Part shown: positions 26,818-38,600 of the stretch, one piece after another | How the letters are laid out: each line of letters begins with the position of its first letter | Numbering within the stretch: position 1 is the stretch's first letter | NCBI RefSeq assembly: GCF_000150275.1 | Contig: NW_002060963.1 | Location: forward strand, 901,262-965,261 | Length of the DNA stretch: 64,000 nt | Reading direction: 5' to 3' | Origin: Trichoplax adhaerens | Lineage: Eukaryota; Animalia; Placozoa | Made by a program: the position numbers and the translations under genes | Notes under the pieces: model-generated | What the model was told of the DNA's origin: nothing | Database searches by the model: none | What the model saw: the letters and a program-made list of their open reading frames with translations, nothing else

Positions 26818-27267
26818 AAGATCAAGCAATATCCCTACTATACGCTGTTTAGGTTATTCTATTGTAGATTGGGCATGTTTTAATGTACCTTAGATACTGT
26901 AGAAAGGGTAAAAACAAGACTAAAATGAAGGTTGCTAGCTCTGTTATTAGCCATCGTTGCTAACCAGGTTGCCATGATGTCATATTCTACATCATACCGA
27001 AAGACTGATGCTGTCATATTCTATTTTTATAATCTCGTCAAGATCAAGCAATATCCCTACTATACGCTATTTAGGTTATTCTATTGTAGGTTGGGCATGT
27101 TTCAATGTACCTTAGATACTGTAGAAAGGGTAAAAACAAGACTAAAATGAAGGTTGCTAGCTCTGTTATTAGTCATCGTTGCTAGCCAGGTTGCCATGAT
27201 ATCCTATTCTACATCATACGGAATTAACTGATGCTGTCATATTCTACAGTATTTTTAGAATCTCGTC
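26818..27267. repeat. Recent two-copy tandem duplication (~222 bp) between head-to-head genes
   Basis: AGATCAAGCAATATCCCTACTATACGCT...ACTGATGCTGTCATATTCTA...AATCTCGTC at ~26819 and ~27041, near-identical. Confidence 0.95.
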
Positions 27268-27724
27268 TACAGTAGTGGGCAAATGGATGCCAAGCCATCT
27301 AGTCCCGATTAATACACCATCGCTAGCGCATGAATGACAGCACTGATCGAAAGGGAATCGATACGATTGATTGATTCTAGTACAAATTATGATGAAATTG
27401 GATTGATGAGACTACAATAACTGTTACGGAATGCTCAATGCGATGACATAGAAGTGGATAGAACTTGATATTCAAGCCAAGCTGGTTTGCATAAATTAAA
27501 TCCAGACTCTAAGGAAGTGTCTACAATACTGTATAACAGCATAATATGCTCTCCATAGGGTCCTTGGAATAGCCGATGGACAGTAAAATGAATATAAACC
27601 AGCATACTGGTACTACTATACTGTAGTACTATAGTGTACTGGACTGTAATGATGATGACTGGGCTGGTGCAAAAGTTCTCATACTCACTGCAATTAATTT
27701 TGATGCACGACGAGAGCTCCAGGT

Positions 27725-29894
27725 ATGGAGCTCGATTTTAACCAATTGTCTATCCGGGAAGCCAAGGATATCATTGAAAAGCTCAAAAAGGAATGCAATA
27801 AACTGGATCAACATTTACAATTGGTAATACATCTACTAGGCGATGCAGTATATCGTGCCATTGCTCTACTCTACTCATCATGACCGTCATATAGCTGTAC
27901 TCCACAGCCAGTCAGCTACAGCTTACTACCCGGATTTTAGAAATTGCAACAGTGTAACCTTAGTCACTGGTCGATGATCGTATGTTATCCTGCAGAGTAG
28001 TCCACAACTGTGCCTTGATGCATCCTTATCAAGGAATAAACTCTAGCTTCGTTGCTATAACTTAATACAACATAGTACTATCACTGATGAAAATAATTGT
28101 AAACAAGTCGTCGTAATACGAGTGATTGATTAGCGATGAAATTGCGTTTTGAATAATATGTTGCTGTAATAACGCTTCTAATTTATACCATAATTACAGC
28201 TAACTTGGGTAGAAGATTGCTATCAAGAGAAGAAACGAATCATCAGCAAAGAGAACCAATCTCTACATACACAACTTCTATCAAACACTGCAATAAACGA
28301 TGATGATAATGAAAGGTGCATTATCCCTTGCTTGACGTCAAAAGATATTCAGCCTTTCAATAAACACTAGATAGTTTCGTCAATGTTAATAGTAACTCCT
28401 CTATGATAGCAGCTTAAATGAATTCTGTCGTAATATAATATATATACAGTCCATGATACAGTACTGTACATCAAAAATAAGATCAAATTTTTGTTTCCCT
28501 TGCAAAATGCATTAACACCTGAAATGGGACATAGCCTACCACTACTGAGTAGTTAGCTGTAGAATGCAACCTTGATACGCGTAGTACTGTTGCAGTCCTT
28601 CAACGAAGGTTTGTAATCTCTGCTAGAGTCAAACACTCAATATTAGATGGATACTTGCAAGCGCTAGAAATTTTAATTACAGTTAGGTTATAGTCATCAT
28701 GTTGGATGCAAATAGATATATCTACACTAGACAATATATCTATGCGGATATCAATTTTAAGATAGGCTATCTATGCGTATATAGGTTGCGTGAAATATAT
28801 GATGTTATGGTTCGAAATTATCGTCTGGAACAAACGGTATCGGAGATGAAAAAGGTCTTAATTCATTCTCAATTGAGTAAGGAAATTTCATTGTTAGGTC
28901 AAGCGATGAAGGAAAGTAAGTAAATAAATAAATACTTTTAATACGACCTCACGTAGAATTTATTGGTCCAATAGTAAATGATTTTCAATCAATAGACACG
29001 CTTTGCTGTATATCATTAACATTCCATTCTACATAATCGATATACGTATACTCAATACGGTAATAATATACTCGTATTTCATATTATGAACGCTATTTTT
29101 AATAATACACGAGATCAAAGCTGCTAGTTTACAAATGACTTCTTGCTATCATGAATAAATGATGTCATAACTTAGCTTTAGCTTACATGCGGTACATCCT
29201 ATCAATCCTTAGCTACAGAGACTTTTTCTATGGGGGAAATGAACGCTATGACCTTGTTGCAATCGTGGTATTGGATGATAATAGCATATGATCGTGGCCA
29301 ACATGACATTGGTCAGTTCGTAGTATAAACGTAGTGAATAGTCTATGGATACTCTGTTCTTATTGCGAGTGTTTTTATGATGTGCGAGATGACTTATGCA
29401 AGTGCTATTCGGTTGATTTAGTATCAGATTCACCAAGTGGCAATTCCACTATACAAGACAAATTGTTTTATTACGTCAGCCACCATGTGCAAAGTAAACC
29501 TTTACAAAGCGATAGAACGATGCGAAGCGAAACTTCACCCTTTCTTAGCGAGCTGTCTTTCACTACTAGGCGAAATGGAATTTGCATAGGTATAACATTG
29601 CGATGCCCAAATTTACCAAGGTAACAAATTAGTATTTATGTATATTATACAGCACTTGATACATTTACTCGAAAACAAGAGGTGATACAAGACAACTAAT
29701 ACTAACTCATCTTTTCGTATTATAGACAGGCAATAACTGCTGATCATGAAGGATTTATATCTGTATCTTCTGACCTTCCTGTACCAAATATTGGCGAACA
29801 AGGAAAGGCATATTTATTAGCAGGAAAAAATCCGGCAACCTTTATACAAGACATTATCTGGGATTGGATTGATAAAGTGAAAATGACTACTTAA
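27725..29894 (+). CDS. Uncharacterised coiled-coil protein (~235 aa) with an SPC24-like C-terminal motif
   Basis: Exons 27725-27823, 28200-28315, 28785-28915, 29428-29620 and 29726-29894 total 708 nt, all GT-AG with matching phases 0/2/1/2. Sequence runs MELDFNQLSIREAKDIIEKLKKECNKLDQHLQL...NPATFIQDIIWDWIDKVKMTT*. Product identity is uncertain. Confidence 0.7.
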
Positions 29895-30360
29895 ATAATT
29901 AATTGAACAAATAGCCTTCTGTTGATCTCCAACCTATACTTTACTTATCATGACGAAGGAATGTAGTCTACTCGTTGGATTGAAACATAAGTTGATTATC
30001 TTCCAGTGCAACATAAAACGGTATGCAGTTTTATTCTCTTCGATATACCGATTCTTGCATGCCTTCTAACGGAAGACAAAGGTATAAAGCATGTATGTAA
30101 CAATACCAGATAGGCCACGAGTTATTTTTGTGCTCATGGCTGATACATGTATCATGATGCAGAGTTAAAACAGAGAATAAGAAAAAATATCATAACAAGT
30201 ACAATTGTACATCAGGTTTACATTGCTAATGTGATAACGTCAAGGTAAAGGAAATATACCATTATTACGGCATTGCTATTAGAGATTTGCTAAATCGTCA
30301 TGCATTGAGAGGAATTGATGTCAATATATGGAGTATATTCGTATGTATAACATAATTAGA

Positions 30361-30399
30361 GTTGTACCATGGACTACTAGTTATAGTCCATGGTTGTAC
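30361..30399. mobile_element. 25-bp palindromic insertion or footprint with 7-bp TSD
   Basis: GTTGTAC [CATGGACTA CTAGTTA TAGTCCATG] GTTGTAC. Confidence 0.65.
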
Positions 30400-30847
30400 A
30401 TAGGTGTGCATAGATACACAACTCTTTTAATAATTTCGACAATAAAATGACTTCATTTCCTTTGCTTTATAGAAACACTACACAATATTATATAAAATAA
30501 AAAATTAAACTCAAAATTCAGTTGGTCAATTGATAACTGCATTTCATTACGTGAGATTTCAATACGTATAGTCACTCCATTACAGTATATGAGTATTAAT
30601 ACGTACACCTCTCCTTATCTAATTACAATATAGTCATAAATTGAACAACATTGGAAAATATTAAATGCTGAAGGAATGTTTGATTCATAAACTTATTGCA
30701 CAGGATTCCATCAATTAAACATATTTAAAGTAGCATTTGCATAAATATCACTATAAACATTATATCATTCAGGGTCATCATACTTTACATAAGGTACCTC
30801 TGTACCTCATAACGGGATACTCAAACTAAAGATACGCAATACAACGT

Positions 30848-33713
30848 TCAGCAGTCGTAATCGTCGTCTTCATCATAACCGGTGTTGCTAGTAAGCCCAG
30901 GAAGCACCATATGTAGCGGCTCTTCTCTAGAAACATTATTACATAATTTGAGAGTGTTTACTAACTAGTGTACAAGCATGCCAACCATATAAAGTCTAAA
31001 GTCTAATTGAAAAGACGGAACATGCTATAATACGTATTTGCTAATTACTCACTCAGCATCGTAATCATCATCATCTTCAACCTTTCTTTCATTTAATGCC
31101 ACTGGAAATTCATCGGTTTTCCCCTTTCTACTAATATGTATTTTAGGTTTCGCTGTGGGTTTTGCAAAAGTTTCAGTTTGTTTACTATCGGCTACTGGCC
31201 AGTCATCAACCTCACTTCCATCCTATAATAATTTATGAAGATACGAAAGTCACTAAAGAATTCATATCAATCATCATTAGGTGCACTACAGTAGCCAACT
31301 CATGAAACTTAAAACCTCAATTCAAAAAACGCTTTCTATTTACAGTGTAGTTTGGAAAATTTTTTTCTTTACGAGGTCTACCACGCTTTTTCGGTTGTTG
31401 ATATTCGCCCTGAGAACTCTGCTGAGAAGGAAGTTTACGTTTCTTTGTATTTTCTTGCGAATTTGCAGAAATTTTCTTGGCAGTTGTTATGGGTGCTTTC
31501 CTAGTAGCATTACATTCAAAAACGTAAAATACTTCAAACCTCAGTTTGTATCATAACTTATTAATGGCTTTAAGTGTATAGTAGCCATTAATCGGTCCAT
31601 TCAAGCATTAGAAAAATTGCGCTATTTTGAGATCCTTCAACAGTATCTCCAAACCTTATCGTAAAAGATTTCCTAGATTTATTAGCATCTACGTTTCCGT
31701 TATCGCTTGCTAACGACGGAACATTTGCTACGAATTTTTGTCCAAAATGGAATTTAGTGTAAGATTCTACACATTGTTTCCTGCGTGATAAATTGAGAAA
31801 CAAAGATTTCATTTTCGATATATCCTCTAAATACCTCGGAGAAAAGGGGAAAATGTGTATCCACACATGTATACTGCTTATAACAACGACAAATTATTAC
31901 TATAATAAGACATACACATGCGAGGCGGTTAACATCCTGACCGAAAATCCTTCAGTACAGGACTCCAGCAGATCTCGTGCCATCATATCAAGTGCTTTAG
32001 CTAATAATATAATCAAGTTTCAAGATACAAGATAAATACAATTATTTGATCAATCATTTAAATGTATTGATAAGAGAGAAATGGTTATGATCCAATTGGT
32101 ATATCTACGTAAGCAGTAGTACACAAGACATTCTTCCAAAATATCAAATATTTGACTTTAATAACTGGGTAGTATACTGTATGAAATACTATAGTTTAGC
32201 GAAGGCAAAGGTCTCGCTTTAGCATACCTATTAGTACAGGTACCGAATTGGCAATTTTTGGTATATCCTCATTGCTCTGCATCATTCTTTTGATTTTAGC
32301 CTGTAAAGATATGAATATAATATTTATCATTGGTCCATTATATTTCGTCTTCCAATCTAGATAGCAATGTAGATGGATATTTACTGAAGTTAACTTGATA
32401 TACTATCGATTAGCGCATATCATCTATCGTCGTTGCGCTTCTTACTACGCTGTCCACTTTCGATAAAAGTATCAAGTTGCAGCCATGCAATTGAGATAAT
32501 CTGATGTAGCGATTCTTTTTTTCATCTAGCAAGTATTGTAATTAATACTGTTTATCATCAATTTATGGATTACATGGTATTAACGAGAAGAGTGTCATGA
32601 TGTTAAAATTTTAATTGAATTAAGACTGGTGATTACGTCTGTTCGACATTTAGAGGGTAAATGTTTGCAAGGCAAGAACAACATCTTGCATACGAGCATA
32701 CCCCTGTAGCATTGACTAATAGGAGCTTTGCATACCAAAGTGACCCTTCACTTGATGATGATATTGCAATAGGGTGATGATATGTGAAGATTAGAACATT
32801 CCCTTTGGATATTGCGTTGAAGCAACTGTATTTGTACATTGCTGTACTGGATAGCATTACATTTATGCCATCTTGACTGTAGTAGCCGTCTTGTTGGTCA
32901 ACTCCTTACTGTATGACTTTATTGTTGCTGGCGTATTCAAATTTCAATATCATTTCTCCGGGTAGCATTCAGCAGTAGTAAAGTATTGTAATCGTACTTG
33001 ATCCTATCAGTTTAGCAACTCGATACTCGACATTTCCATTTTCAATTCGAAATTTCTCCGGTGAATCGGGATACCCCAAAATTACAAATAAAGAAAGATC
33101 TCTGATAACCTACTACATAATCTATTTATAAAGCTCCAACTCGAGCCATAGAAAAGCATGTATTCCGTTGATGTTGCAATAGTATCGGCGAGCATACAAC
33201 GTCTATTATTCAATTGATTGAATTAATTGTAATCTAAGCTATTCTATCCCATGGTATTATTGACTACTTCAAGGCTAGTTACTCGCTAACATTAGCAGTT
33301 GCTAAATAGGGCAAGCCTGTACAAGTAATAGCTGACGAAGGCCATTTCCTGCTGTCACTGATGATTGTGGGCCAGACGAATGAATTAATCAATATGACAC
33401 AGTAGAGTATCGTATACGTTTCCTGCGACGTCGACAGCTGCAAATGGTATGCTACACCTGTCATTGCTTGACTGCATCATACAATTTTAAAGGGTAAAAT
33501 TGCCTTTTACCAGCTTTTTTCCATGGTAAACCTATCCAGTATCCTCTATACTTCATTGTAGACACTATATGTAGACTAGGAGAGTGGCAAACTCATTGAT
33601 ATCCTAAGCGACTATCCACGTCTTTCATCCTCATCCTACTTCAGTCCACAGTCGTACAAGTCGTCATTGCTTACCGAGGAGAAATGAGAGCCAGACTTTT
33701 TCTTGGGCGGCAT
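30848..33713 (-). CDS. DRAP1: Dr1-associated corepressor (NC2 alpha), 242 aa
   Basis: Exons 33713-33675, 32300-32228, 32000-31916, 31780-31655, 31500-31344, 31222-31053 and 30926-30848 (729 nt). Histone fold MPPKKK...AKIKRMMQSNEDIPKIANSVPVLIAKALD...LTASHVKQCVE, acidic EDDDYD C-terminus. Confidence 0.88.
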
Positions 33714-35633
33714 TTTCAAAGATTAGACGTACAAGACAAGGATCAATTTTCTTCAATACTTTCCTTCAGCAATAGAATAGAGTAGGATTAAATAATAATT
33801 CATCGATTACCCTGGCGTGGCAACTTTCCAAATCAATTTTGAAAGAGTGAAAGTTGGCCAAGGAACAACATGGAGATTGGGGCGAGCAAAACTCACCACA
33901 GTACTGTGTGCAATACGGTAGGCTGCAATTATGGGATGACTATGGATATCCACCGATGGGACACCGACTTGTATGCCAATGGCCCTTCTCGCCTATCGAT
34001 GACGAATCTTGCCAAATTGTTGGTGTATTCTAATGCTTTCTACCCATGTTTGGGGTATCGAGCTGTAAGCAAGTACGGTAAAAATACAAGTGGGATGATG
34101 ACGAAACAGCATCGCTGAGCCGTCATGGTACTGTACACTGTACACTGTGCACTGTACACTGTACAGTGTGGTGGATGATACATGATTAGAAGCAATTTCG
34201 CACTTTGCATCTGCTTGTATGGGCTATTTGCAGCATTTGGTACACAGTATAGCGGTAGTGGACCAGCGACTACTGTAGTGTACAGGGTACAGTGTACAGT
34301 GTACAGTACATTGTACCGAACCTCTGACAGGCCTAGTATTGACTATTGACTATGGCGGCTTGACTTGTACTGTACTGTACAGTACTGTATATGGGTTGCC
34401 CGTACCGGTACGCACTGCGTCCATGAACCACTGTGTGTACTATAGAGGTACAGTACTGTAGGTGACTGCGTACTGTGAATAGAGAAGAGAGAGAGAGACA
34501 CGCCCCCGAAACTGTGGTTAAAAACACGTCTTTGGGGCTTGCACGTTGACGGAACGGACAGACGGACTCAACTGGCAAAGATCATCGTTAGATCAATGTG
34601 GAAGGGAAAATGAACAAAATGGAAGATTCATTAGCCAAATTGAATAAAATACGTAGAAGAAAAGCTCACGTTTAATTAAAAGACCAGTGTTGCAATGGGA
34701 CTGTACAATTCCAGTCAGAATGCATTGAACTCGTTGTAGACTTTGCTTACTGCCGTTTCAGTAAAGTACTTACGCGTATTCGACGAGTTCGATGCATTGT
34801 GAATGGCAAGTTGCAGCATTGGTCAAGACACATCATCTAGACAACTGCTCTGTCATTCGCTGCACTGTAGGTGAAATTTTCAGCGCATAACCAACGATCA
34901 TCATCGGATTTGTACAGACTAGAATTCTACCGACATTTTGTTTCGATTTATCGATAAACATACGAAAACACAGTGGATGTCTAATCCTGTGAAAGCAGTA
35001 TTTAAGCCATCTCATGGTTCAAGTAGTTTTAGACTAAAATTTCAACTAGGTCACGCATCACTATCATAACACAATAATTCATTCATTTACCAGGAAAGAT
35101 ATCCAAAATGCTTTTTACGAGTATATCTCTACCAATAACAATATCAATATGCAATAACTGACTACATCATAATCTAGATCTCCCATTTTGAGCTTGATTA
35201 CAGCACTGAAGGTTTTGCCAGTCAATGTTCTCACGTCAGCATCGAAATCGATCGACGGATTAAACTGAAATAAATGATATCATACGGCAGAAGAAGCTTT
35301 GTCAATAGAATCTTCTTAGTTTGATAGCTTACTACAGTTTTATTCAAATTTCCAAGAAGATGCAGCGTTTTAGATATCAGGCTTAATAAAAATCAATGCT
35401 AATGATTACAAACAAAGCAATTTAATTAAAGTACTGTATACGCTGACAGAAGTCAGCCAATGCAGTCTTGCAAGACAACCAGCCACACCAAATCAGGTCT
35501 TATACGATATAGCTTAGGAATATCCTTCGACTTGTGAAGCGTAATGTGTCATATATCTGAATCTTAGACTTCACGAAAATGCACAACATAATGCATGCAT
35601 ACAGACTACAGTAATAAAACTACTTTAAGAAAT

Positions 35634-38600
35634 TTAACGGTAAATAACGCACTGAATTAAAGCAGACATAACGAATAATAGTATTAGCATAGGTTTAATA
35701 CCGCTAGCATTATTTGTACACGGAGATGTATTGCTGGCTTTTAAAAACGATATTCTACCGTCAAGGCGAGTGATTAGAGGACTTCTAGCTTGTATATAAG
35801 CAATGGAGGCATCTCGTGTCAAAAGAGTTCCTTCTCTGTGAATCACCTGTTTGTCTCGAAATACACTAAAACCTCCAAATCCTCTGCCGATATAAGACGG
35901 AGCTAGTACTTTATACATTTTATTCCTAATGAATTGATAGAAGATTGATATTAGTACAAACTAGCTGTTATGATGATACATGCAAAAGATGTCCATAGCG
36001 GTATGAAAGAAAGTAGAGTCTACCAATTTAAATAAGAATAATTCTTTCCTGAACGGTTTTCACCAGTAGATAAACAGTAAATAAACTACACTAACAGACT
36101 CACTTGTCCATTGGAACAAATCTTGGCACTTTACACTGAGTACAAATCACTTCTACTGAATGGACTCTTTCATTGGAAGGTTTAGCTAGATTGTATACCA
36201 CCCTAAGTCCTAGACAATGAATAAGAAAAGTTTTAAAATCTTTCCTGTCACTGTTTATGTCGTACGGTGCTATAGAAGATTACGTTAAACCTTCAGATTA
36301 TTAAATGAATTCAATATTGCAATTTTTATTTACCTGAAACTTGAAGGAATAGGCTTGATGGCTTCGATTTGTTATAATTGGCTACACCAAGTTCTAATGC
36401 CTTTATCAATATCGAGCCTGGCATGGTTAACTCATCGATAACGTTATCATATTTAGTAATAGCGTGCATATTGGAAATAGTAATAATGCCTAGAATAAGA
36501 GCAAAAGTGTAAGGATTAGCATATTCTTAGCATAAATATCATTGCGTAATTTAGGAGTAGTATTTCTTAAATCATCATTTGCATAGCTACTTTTACCTGG
36601 AGGCTTGTTATCGATAGATGCTAGAATATCACCGGCCTGTAGGATTGCAATCGATGCGTTGGCCCATTGGGAGCTATCGGGAAATCTTTGAATCTCTTGC
36701 ACCATAGCATCAGTGAGTAAATTACCTATAGGGAGAGAGCGAAATACACTGTTCAATCATATTATTTTTAACTAGACCAGATTGACGGATTACTCAGCTA
36801 CAACTATAGTTTTATAAAAATCTTTCTTAATATCGATTTGATGAATACTATTGATTTTCCGTCCATTTGGAAATAATTAAAGTCAAAGATTGGGTAATAT
36901 TTAATAATAATTAATGCAAAATGTCCTATAGTAATATATATTAATTGAAACCTAAAAGAGTTAGCAAAGATAGTTTAAATACATGAAATTGCTAATGCAT
37001 CCTAAAGATTGAAACTATTAGTAAAGTAAATATTGACTATACATTTTCATTGGCGGTAAAAGTAATTAACTAACCCATATTGCATTCGTATAAACCACAC
37101 GTAGCTCTGCTACCATCAATATAGACATGAGATCTTCCCAATTCCTGCGCCGCAAATGCGCTGATTCCAGGCTGCCATCGTTTTACCTCTTGTTCCAAGG
37201 CTGTATCTTGTACAACGCTCTTGTCTAACAATATTGGTTTACCATTAAAGCTTGTCAGGACACCTGTAATTAATTCAGTTTTAAAAGACGATACCAATCA
37301 CCTTAAAAGGATTCTTTGTTTATAGAAAGTAAACTATAAGCTATACTTTCTCACGATTTCTTTCTAGTTTATTGGATAACTAACATATGTAGTTCATAGG
37401 ATGAATTAATGAACATGTTCTATAGAGGAAATGCTTACCACCATCATCAAATGTCAATTCTAACCGGCCAAGATATCGACCGAATTCATAAGCTTGTACT
37501 ACTGGAACTATTTTATTACTTTCTGTAGCACATTCTGACTTAACAACGGTTGGATAGGGACCAGCGGGCTTATGATTAGTTGGTGGCTTGCCAGTATACA
37601 AAAAGGTGTGAGTATGAGCTCCAACAACGGCATCGATGCCGCATACTTTAGCAGCTATTTGCTGGTCAATATCGTAACCAGAATGGCCAACGGCAACAAT
37701 TTTATTGATTCCTTGATTTTGTAACTCAGAAACGGCATCAGTAATAGCTTTTATTTCATCGGTAAATATCAAGGTAGGTCCAGGTCTGGAAAAATTGGGA
37801 GTATTTCTTGTTGTATAACCTACAAATCCAATCTTTTCACCTCCCATCGTCAATATAGTATACTTGGTAAATAATTTACCGAAATCAGGATTTTTAGTGG
37901 CATCAATATTTGCGCTTATAACTGGAAAATTAACGCCTTTCAAAAACTCGCTAAGTTTTCCCAAACCAGCATCAAATTCATGATTGCCTAATGCCTACAA
38001 AGAAAACTGGATTATTAATAACATGCTGTGGGTCCTAGTAATGTTCATACTTATCATATACGCATATAATTAAAGTGGCGCATTATGATAAATTGATCGA
38101 CAAATGCCAATACACAAATATCTAATGACATAGATATCATTAAAAATTTTCTGTAGGAAGTTCTCCGTACAACTACTGTACGTGGCCTACACAATGAGAA
38201 GATGTACCGTATATGATTAACAACTTAGCAGGCATTATTAGTTAATCTGTAGTTTATATCTACTAATAATTAATTTGTTAAAATCTTAAAGCAACATTTT
38301 CATTCGCAATATTAATTTCCCTAATGTGAACAAAAGCAATTACAGTTATCCTAGATTGTTTGTACTGTAGGTCAGTTGTACGTTTCGGTCTTCTTTATAG
38401 GGTGGAGAAATTTTTACGGAAAGTGGTGGGGTATGGTGAAATTTTTTCTTCAGTAGTCCCTGGTTATCCTCGATTTCAAGCGTGGCATAAAATAAGGGAC
38501 GAATCGTTTAATATTGATATAAAATTGAATAATTTATATTTAAGGATATCAAATACTTTGCATAGCCATCTAGCGAAAAGTGATAAAACTGATTATAAGT

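Noticed and set aside
35180-35266. Ubiquitin-like peptide VRTLTGKT on the minus strand
   Set aside because: Only 8 residues match and the rest of a ubiquitin fold could not be assembled.
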